Both the position numbers and the translations under genes were made by a program. Shown piece after piece: positions 55,790 through 64,000 of a DNA stretch of 64,000 nt. The first letter of the stretch is position 1. Each line of letters begins with the position of its first letter. The stretch is from Octopus sinensis (taxonomy: Eukaryota): the NCBI RefSeq assembly GCF_006345805.1, contig NC_042997.1, positions 150,784,001 through 150,848,000 on the forward strand. The letters run 5' to 3'. The notes under the pieces are model-generated. The model made no database searches. It was not told where the DNA came from and was given only the letters and a program-made list of their open reading frames with translations.

Positions 55790-56808
55790 ATGAACTGTGG
55801 GATACTATCAAGAACCTACAATTCAAACGACACCCACTAAGAAATACCATCTACCAAAAATACCTTAAGGTCCCAATATATAAACTGAAATTACAAAAGG
55901 GAATTATTGTTCACTCCGATAAAGCCAGGAACTCCTACACTTTCGATATAAATTTATTCCGCCAGTTACTACATAAAACATTACAATAAAATACAATATT
56001 GCACCTAACAGCACCTTAACATCTATGATCTTAGCAGCCAAAAACTTTATGACAGACTACATTATAGAGGACAAAACCGAACCCTTCGTACCTTCTGGAA
56101 CCCGCATTACACTAAAAGATCATAAACCTAACTTCTTAACGGATACGAAAGTTAGATTAATATGCCGCAATAAGTCACATCTATGTAAATCAAGTAAATT
56201 AATATTAGATAAATACATCCCTAAGCCAAAGAATATGATAGCCCTGGTACTATGGCCCAACACATATGAAGCCGTAAACTGGTTCTCTAAAATACAGAAC
56301 AAGATCACGCACATCCTACAAATAGATAGAAAAGATTACTACTCATCTATTGCCGCTATAATCCTAAATAATGCACTTATCTTCGCCAGAAATCATACCC
56401 AATTAACTATGAAAGAAATTAATGTAATATTAGAAACGAGGAAATCAGTAATAAGTTTCAATAATAAACCCTGGGTAAGAAAGGACTCCCCTAATAACTT
56501 CGGCATCACCATGGGGGCCTCAGATGCAGCACAGGTAACTTTCTTAGTGGGCATCTATTTGCTATCATACCTACAGGAATAATTCCCAGAACTCAAGAAT
56601 GGATTATAGAGGATGATGCACGATTCATACTAAAAATACCTTCAAATAGGTGTTTAGAGCCCATTAAGAAAAGCATTACACAAATTCTTGAAAAATTTGG
56701 CCTAACTATTACTATACAAAACGAACACAACTCCATAAATTACTTAGACACCAACTGCAACCTAGTCACAGGAATCCACGAACCCTACATAAAACTTAAC
56801 ACACCTAT
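55790..56808 (+). mobile_element. Penelope-like reverse transcriptase fragment (pseudogenised)
   Basis: IIVHSDKARN, ITLKDHKPNF, SKLILDK, WPNT..AVNWF, DYYSSI, ETRKSVI, FGITMGASDAAQVTFLVGIYLL, then a frameshifted GLYRDDA motif. Confidence 0.88.
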
Positions 56809-56809
56809 A

Positions 56810-57488
56810 GAGACAACACACTTATGAATAAGAGATACATACTTCTCTCTCCATATGAATTTTAACGAAACAAACATCCGAGCCGCACGCCTTCAGCTTC
56901 AAGATCAAAATAACGTTGATAATTCTAGAGAATGTTGGGGAAATCATGGCACACATCGCAGCTAGCATTCTTTAATTCTTATTGTTTACGCATCAACACG
57001 TTTTCAATTGCATCCCACAATATACGCAGAGACTTCGTGCTGTTGATTTCTTCTTGGCTACTTTACTCTATATCTGATGCCTTTACTCTATATCTGACTT
57101 AGAAACTTCTGTGACCTACTAGAATGCGTAAATCACTAACTTATGAAACCTAGTAATTTTCCAGTCAGGTACAACTTTGTTGACCTAGCTAGTAATATAC
57201 AATCTCTCAGCGCCACAGAATATCTCCTTATCTGCCATGTTTGTGTCTCACATAACTTCCCATGTTTCTAACATTTTATCTGCCTCCTTTTGTGCGCATT
57301 CAATGTTGAAATCTTGAGGCGCAATCGTCTCAGAAATGAGCATGTTCCGTTTCAATATTTTGTAACGTAATAAGGCAATCCATTTACCAACTCTTTGAGC
57401 AATCAACGGTATGAAAGGAAGCTCTTCATTTGCAACAGCTTTGTAAAGCTTCTTTCTTTCAAATAAATTCTAGCTCACATTAACCATT
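56810..57488. repeat. Unclassified dispersed repeat, copy 2; truncates the PLE RT
   Basis: Colinear with 52510-53130. Confidence 0.85.
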
Positions 57489-57769
57489 CACACATGCTTT
57501 ATTTTTATCTATTACTTATTTTCATTTTATTTTTATTGTATTTATACTTTTTAATTATTTACATATTATTTTTCTCCCACACTTTTGAGTATATTTTTTG
57601 CATGTATATTTATCAGAAGATCCTTTGCTAATTAAGTAACCAGTAAAACATATATTGTTCACTTTGACACGGCTGCTTCAAGCTTGAAACTCATGTCAGT
57701 GTAACTCACTGTAAACATCACTATTATTAACATTAGAACAAAAATTATACCCTCAAAAAGCCATGATTA

Positions 57770-58767
57770 AAAGTGAGATTAGCGTGCAAAAATGGAATAG
57801 TCCAGATGGACTATTATACATAAAGGACTATAGCTTCAACTGCGCATTGCTTTTTGATTCACCGTAAGGTTTGTTGTTATTATTATTACTGTTTAACTAT
57901 TGTTATCACGTTTGTTGGTTCCTCGTCAGGGAAACGTTGTTGTGTTGCATTTGTTAAATAATTGTAAACTGGGAGAAGGAGCTTTGGTTATTGTTTAAAA
58001 ATTGAATTGCGTCTCTGTTTGGGGAAATTGACAATATTTTCACCGTTTACACGGAAGCATTTTTGTTAGAATGCCTTCGATAGAGGAAAGTCCAAAAATA
58101 AATTTCGGTGCAGCTATCGGCGTCGCGAACTCATTAAAATTAAAATGGAAGAAATACAAACCTATTTCGGATTCATCACCGACAAAGACGGTGAATCTAG
58201 GATAACACCACCAAACGAAAAAAAAATTAAAGAAAAAAAAAGACTATTATCTATAAAGTATCCAAAGTAGAGAGAAAAATAAAGATTTAAACACCTGGAG
58301 GAAAGCACCATCGAAAAGTGTCTTGGTGCGACTATGAAAGATATATAACCAGAGGCGGTAAATTCGCCACAATAGAAGCAAGGTTCGAGTCAACGGAGTG
58401 TGCAAGGGAGTACTCGACTCGAACTTTGCAAAGTGGAAATATTTTATTTTCACTTTTATATCTGGGACGTAGGACGTCCCAGATAAAAATTTAAAATGTC
58501 CCCCCAGAAGTAGAGGTAGGCTGGATTGTAGCCACATTTCCAAACAAGAGGGAGGACAAGATACAACAATTGATCGAAATTGCAAGAGACGGGCCTACAA
58601 TTTCAGTCTGTTATATATTTTGAGTATTGTTATCACTAGCGATATCAAGATATAACTTTATATTTTGATGTATATATAGATGTATATATATAGATGTACA
58701 TGTAATATGTACACATATATATACACATATATACATGCACTAGCACTATGACCCGGCATAATGCTAG
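57770..58767 (+). mobile_element. Longer relative of the 37.3-kb Helitron-like element (5' end not found)
   Basis: Three blocks match 37760-38030; ends actagcactatgacccggcataatgCTAG|T. Confidence 0.65.
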
Positions 58768-58954
58768 TATATATATATTAGAATGTTTGGAGATGATGTA
58801 CAGGTATTATATATTAGAAGAAATGTGGTTCTCAGAAATCTGGAATGTTTTATATTTACAGATATTTATTAGTATGTTACATGTAACATGTAACATATTA
58901 ATAAAGATCTGTAAATATAAAACTAGCCAGATTCTGAGTACTTCATTTCTTCTA

Positions 58955-59047
<93 letters not shown>

Positions 59048-59062
59048 ATATATATATATTGT

Positions 59063-59365
59063 TGTAAATAATAATAATGGCATTTTTATATAAGCCTAAG
59101 GCGTATGGCGATCACCTTGCAATGACTACGGAAAACAGTCTACCAATGGTGCAGGAAAAAATAAGGCTTTCTTATCCACGTGTGAGTCGAACGCACTTAT
59201 TCATGTTAACAAAGAAATGTGTGTTCGATTCCCACACGGATAAGGAAGCTTCCCTTTTCTGTTGAGGTCCTATATGCCCCTTTATTAAAACATTTCCCTT
59301 TGTCATTGCACGGTGATCGCCATAAACTTAATGTTTATATAAAAATACCATTATTATTATTTACA
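59063..59365. mobile_element. MITE-like fold-back element with 64-bp terminal and ~33-bp internal inverted repeats
   Basis: 59063-59126 vs 59302-59365 (about 8 mismatches); 59164-59196 vs 59219-59251. Confidence 0.65.
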
Positions 59366-59415
59366 GGATTGTAAAAACGGTGCCGTATAAAAATAAAAAA
59401 ACAACATTTGAACCG

Positions 59416-59481
<66 letters not shown>

Positions 59482-59959
59482 ATCTGTGTGTATGTGTGTG
59501 TGTGTGTACATATATACATATATACATATATACACATACACATATTTCTGTACGTATAGTTGTATCTGTGAAATGTATATCTTTTTGTGAATTTGTGTGT
59601 GTGTGTGTATTATTTGGTCTTTATGAAAAGAAATATCATTTTTATTTTGGTCAACGGTTTTGTTTTTGCTTTTTCATTACTGTGATGTGCAAATTCATTA
59701 GTTACAGAATATCATACATCTTATAATCGATTTTTAATGAATATCAGCTGTATTGGGGCAAACCATATGGCATTTTTTCGACATTTGTTAAGTCCGGTTA
59801 CCAAATATATATATTATCTTTCGTTGGAGGTTGCAGATAATTTGCACTTTACAAGAATATTATTATTTTTGTTTTAGATGTAATATTTTTCACTCACATT
59901 TGCTATTATGAATAAATATTCAAAACAATTTTTCTTTTCCATTCGCTGATATTATTGGT

Positions 59960-60194
59960 GACGACGACGATGACGACGATGATGATGATGATGGTGGTGG
60001 CGGTGGCGGTGGTGGATGTGGTGGTGATGAATTTGATGATGAGGAGGAGGATAATAATGATGATTTTTATGGTGGTGATGATGATGATGATGATGATGAG
60101 ATGATGATGATGATGATGATGATAACGACGACGACGACTTTTATGGTGATGATGATGATGATGATGATGATAACGACGACGACGACTTTTATGG

Positions 60195-60243
<49 letters not shown>

Positions 60244-60400
60244 AACGACGACGACGACTTTTATGGTGATGATGATGATGATGATGATGGTGGTGGCGGT
60301 GGCGGTGGTGGATGTGGTGGTGATGAATTTGATGATGAGGAGGAGGATAATAATGATGATTTTTATGGTGGTGATGATGATGATGATGATGATAGTAGTG
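59960..60400. repeat. Higher-order tandem repeat built on (GAT)n
   Basis: ttttatggtg(atg)n..ataacgacgacgacgac repeated three times, between two copies of a ~110-bp unit (59985 and 60280). Confidence 0.85.
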
Positions 60401-60845
60401 GTGGCATTAGTGATGTTGCTATTCCTCTAACTGATATTCATACTAATGTAGCTCGCTAGCTCTGGTGTTGTGTTTTGTTGTAATGGCGTTCGTAATGAAA
60501 TCGCATTGTTCACATTTTAACCTTGTCAATAACTTCGCTTTAATATCTGTCATCCAAGGAGTTAATCTAGATGACAAAAGACTCCTAATGAGTGGATCCT
60601 ATTGTTCAATTCTCACACATATAGTGACACGAAGACGCACGCAAATACACATGTTGCCCCAACATATATATAGGCATATAAATGTGCATATAAATGTGCG
60701 TATATATACATACACACATATATTCATACATACATACATACATACATACATACATTCATGCATACATGCTTACGCACGCATACACTCACACAGACAAACA
60801 TACACACATATACTTATAGTCTAAATATGTGAGTAACCTTATATG

Positions 60846-60892
<47 letters not shown>

Positions 60893-61684
60893 CATATTAC
60901 ATACGTATGCATATATAATATGTATACACACACACACATATATATATATATACATATACATAAATATATATAATATATACATAATATGATACATATACAC
61001 TATATAGACATATATATATATATATATTATATATATATATTATGTATGTATATATGTATAATATAAGTGCACATATAAGTATATGAACATCTCTGTATAT
61101 GACACCATAGGTGTATCCCTCTTTCAGTAAAGTAGACATTGATTTTTCCACTACATTTGTTGTTTTCGCTCTTATTTCAATTTTTTTTAGATAAGCTCAT
61201 AACTCCAACTGAGTATATTAATAAAGAAGCAGTGACTTTACACCAACGAATTACATAGGCGTTTTGAAAGTTGATTTTTAACCTGTCAGTTTAATAAATA
61301 GAAATAAGGTGTAGGAGGTTGGATTGAAAATCGTTGAAAAAGTAATTTTCCATTCAGGATTACTTTACTTTGTTCCATTGACTGAAGTAATATAGTTTCT
61401 TTTCCACTATCCCATATAATTTTTCCCCACTCGTTTTCGGTTTCGTTCTTATTAATATCATCAACGTCGTCACCGTCGTTGTCCTCGTCATCATTACCTC
61501 CAAAACATATCTCCTCAACGTTACCTTCATCTCTAACTACTTGCATTATTCAGAGTAATATGTTGACAACCATGACGACGATGATGATGATGATGATGAT
61601 GAAGGCATTAATGTTCATTGTCATTCTTCTTATTATTATTATTCCTCTTCTTTTTCTTCTTCTTCTTCTTATTATTATTATTAT

Positions 61685-62112
61685 TTTTTTTTTCTTCTTT
61701 CAAATTTGCTTCCATTTCTTGCCGAGTGTCTTCCCGACTCCTAGGGCAAAGAAACTCATAGTATACATTGGTAGGCCATTACACCAAACTCAATAGTTCG
61801 TTCATTTTTATTTTTAAAATTTTTTTTTTAAAGTTAAATTAAAATACATGAGCAGCAACAATTCTCACATCGACAATGCTCTTCTCAATACATGTGATGT
61901 ACCAGTTAAGACAATCTTTTGCACTTCTTGCAGGGATGGTAAGCCAGGGATCATTCTCATATAATTTTCGGTTCCCTTCTTGATCATTCCTAGTGCTCCT
62001 ACGATCACTGGTATTGTAACCGCCTTGAGATGCCACATTTTCTCAATTTCAATGAGTAGGTCTTTATATTTTCTGAGCTTGTCAAACTCTTTCGCTGAGA
62101 TATTATGATCTA

Positions 62113-62114
<2 letters not shown>
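61685..62114 (-). mobile_element. 5'-truncated R4/Dong-type RLE 3' end (third family), coding part intact
   Basis: DHNISAKEFDKLRKYKDLLIEIEKMWHLKAVTIPVIVGALGMIKKG...VQKIVLTGTSHVLRRALSM*; (TAA)n on both sides. Confidence 0.88.
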
Positions 62115-62146
<32 letters not shown>

Positions 62147-62190
62147 CATCATCATCGTCGTCGTCGTCATCATCATCATCTTCATCATTA

Positions 62191-62260
<70 letters not shown>

Positions 62261-62560
62261 GAGTGAGAGAGCAGTGCATGCCATCAAAGTGACACTAGGG
62301 TAAAATATACGAAGCCCAATTTACCCATCTGATAATGGTACACCAGTAATAGGCATCACAACCAAATGTGCGCGACATGGTGATCTCATATCAAGATAAA
62401 CAGCGCATGACCTTGCAGGTGGGGCCTAGTTAGAATTTTCTTCTGGTCAAGTAACCCATCCCAAAGAAAAGGCCCCTGAATAAGGGTTGCTTAAGGATGT
62501 TGAACGAAACACACATGTTACCAAAGGTGAATTATTCAAAACCCGAAGAACTCCATCTTC
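62261..62560. repeat. Unclassified GC-richer interspersed repeat abutting (TTA)n
   Basis: Sharp transition from (TTA)n to gagtgagagagcagtgcatgcc...; recognised as a recurrent octopus repeat from recall only. Confidence 0.4.
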
Positions 62561-62659
62561 ATCATATTGCAGCTTGTTGTCAGAATCAATATTATAATTA
62601 CTCTGATATTAAATAATATTTCACTATTAATGTCAATCATTATCTAGTATTTTGGTAGA

Positions 62660-62684
62660 TGCATCGCTGGTAGTAGTAGTAGTA

Positions 62685-62754
<70 letters not shown>

Positions 62755-63090
62755 TGTTGTTGTTGTTGTTGTTGTTGTTCAGTAGTAGTATTAGTAGTAC
62801 TAGTTGTTTCAGTAGTAGTAGTTGTAGTAGTAGTAGCAGTAGTAGTAGTAGCAGTAGTGGTTCTGTTTCTGGTGTTGATTATCGTGATAGTGACAGTGGT
62901 CGTCGTGGTAACAACAGTGGAACAGGGAGTTGTGATAGCGGATGAGATGGTTATACTGGTGATGGTTGTTGTGGTTGTGGTGGTGATGGTGTGAATGTAG
63001 TAATGGTTGTTGTAGAAGTATTTTAAAATAGCAGGATTAACGCAGAAAATAATGAAGTGGTTGATGAAGTACACGATGATGCTGACGAAT

Positions 63091-63129
<39 letters not shown>

Positions 63130-63961
63130 GAGGAGGAGGAGGAGTAGTAGTAGTAGTAGTAACAGTAGTAGTAGTAGCAGAAGAAGAAGAAGAAGAAGAA
63201 AAAGAGGCGGGGAAGAAATGGAGGAAGAGGAGGAAGAGAAGATGAGTCCGGAGCAGAAAATGAAGAAGAAGAAGGGGATGATGAAAGGGAGGAAGAGGGG
63301 GAAAAGAAGGGGAAGGGGAAGAAAAGAAAAAATGAAGAAGAAAAATAAGAAAAATAAGAAGGCGAAAAAGAAAAGGAGGAATAGAAGAGGAAAGAGAAAT
63401 AAGAAGGAAACGAAGAAGAAGAAGAGAAGAGAAAGAAGAAGAAGAAGGAGAAGTAGAATGAGCAGAAGAGGAAAAAGAGGATGAAGTAGCTGAAGAGGAG
63501 GCTGAGGATGGAGCATGAGCAAGTGGATAAGGGGAAGTGGATGTAGAGCGACAAGTGGGTTAGGAGAAGACGATGTTCAACAGCGAAATTTAAAAGATAG
63601 TGAAGGAAAAGAATAAGTAGCAGGAAGAAGACAAAAAGAATAATAAGAATAACAGAAAATGGAATAGGAAGGATGGGAGAGGTGAAAGCAGGAGAGGGTG
63701 TTTGGATATTTTTTCTGTTGGTTTTAGTAATATTTTTCAGTTCGTATTCCATGTATAATTTTTCTTTACGGAAGACAATATAGCTCATTTTAGCAATAAC
63801 AGCAGACATCAGCAACCATTACCATCCTCCTCCTTCTTCTCATCATGATCATCATCATCCTAATCGTCATCATCATTACCATCATTACCATCATTATCAT
63901 AAAGAAGAGTGGTATTATTAGTTGTAGTTGTTATAGCGAAATTACTACTACTACTACTACA

Positions 63962-63998
<37 letters not shown>

Positions 63999-64000
63999 AT
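62660..64000. repeat. (AGT)n, (GTT)n, purine-rich (GAA/GAG), (ATC)n and (CTA)n low-complexity region
   Basis: Directly visible; source of ORFs 62640..63815 and 63037..63522. Confidence 0.9.

Noticed and set aside
58247-58585. 112-aa ORF as a Helitron-captured gene
   Set aside because: No recognisable motif, and absent from the related copy at 37 kb
59960-60400. CRISPR-like repeat-spacer array
   Set aside because: The spacers are (GAT)n runs rather than unique sequence, the context is eukaryotic, and no cas genes are present
61865-62287. 140-aa ORF as a chimeric gene
   Set aside because: The N-terminal half is microsatellite and the C-terminal half is a retrotransposon RLE tail; the in-frame join needs no selection
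62640-63815. 391-aa ORF and overlapping ORFs
   Set aside because: Low-complexity read-through of AGT, GAA and GTT tracts

Overview
AT-rich eukaryotic DNA packed with microsatellites and transposon relics. The SINE families and repeat landscape look like an octopus/coleoid cephalopod genome (from recall, not a database search). I recognise no host protein-coding exon, rRNA, true tRNA gene or CRISPR array, and nearly all ORFs in the track are read-through of simple repeats. The one long genuine ORF is an RTE-clade LINE (24210-27251, APE endonuclease plus RT, no stops, 3' end broken). Other elements: several R4/Dong-type (RLE) non-LTR fragments, most sitting exactly inside (TAA)n tracts; Penelope-like elements (PLE; RT and GIY-YIG remnants with inverted pseudo-LTRs); mariner relics; two related non-autonomous Helitrons; about 15 tRNA-derived SINE pieces; and several long fold-back repeats. 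The main signal not explained by the ORF track is a set of type I hammerhead ribozyme motifs: one with an intact core (17733-17800), two near-intact (9516-9571, 55454-55512) and several decayed. All have the short or palindromic helix III typical of PLE hammerheads. Boundaries were set by eye and identities are manual estimates.
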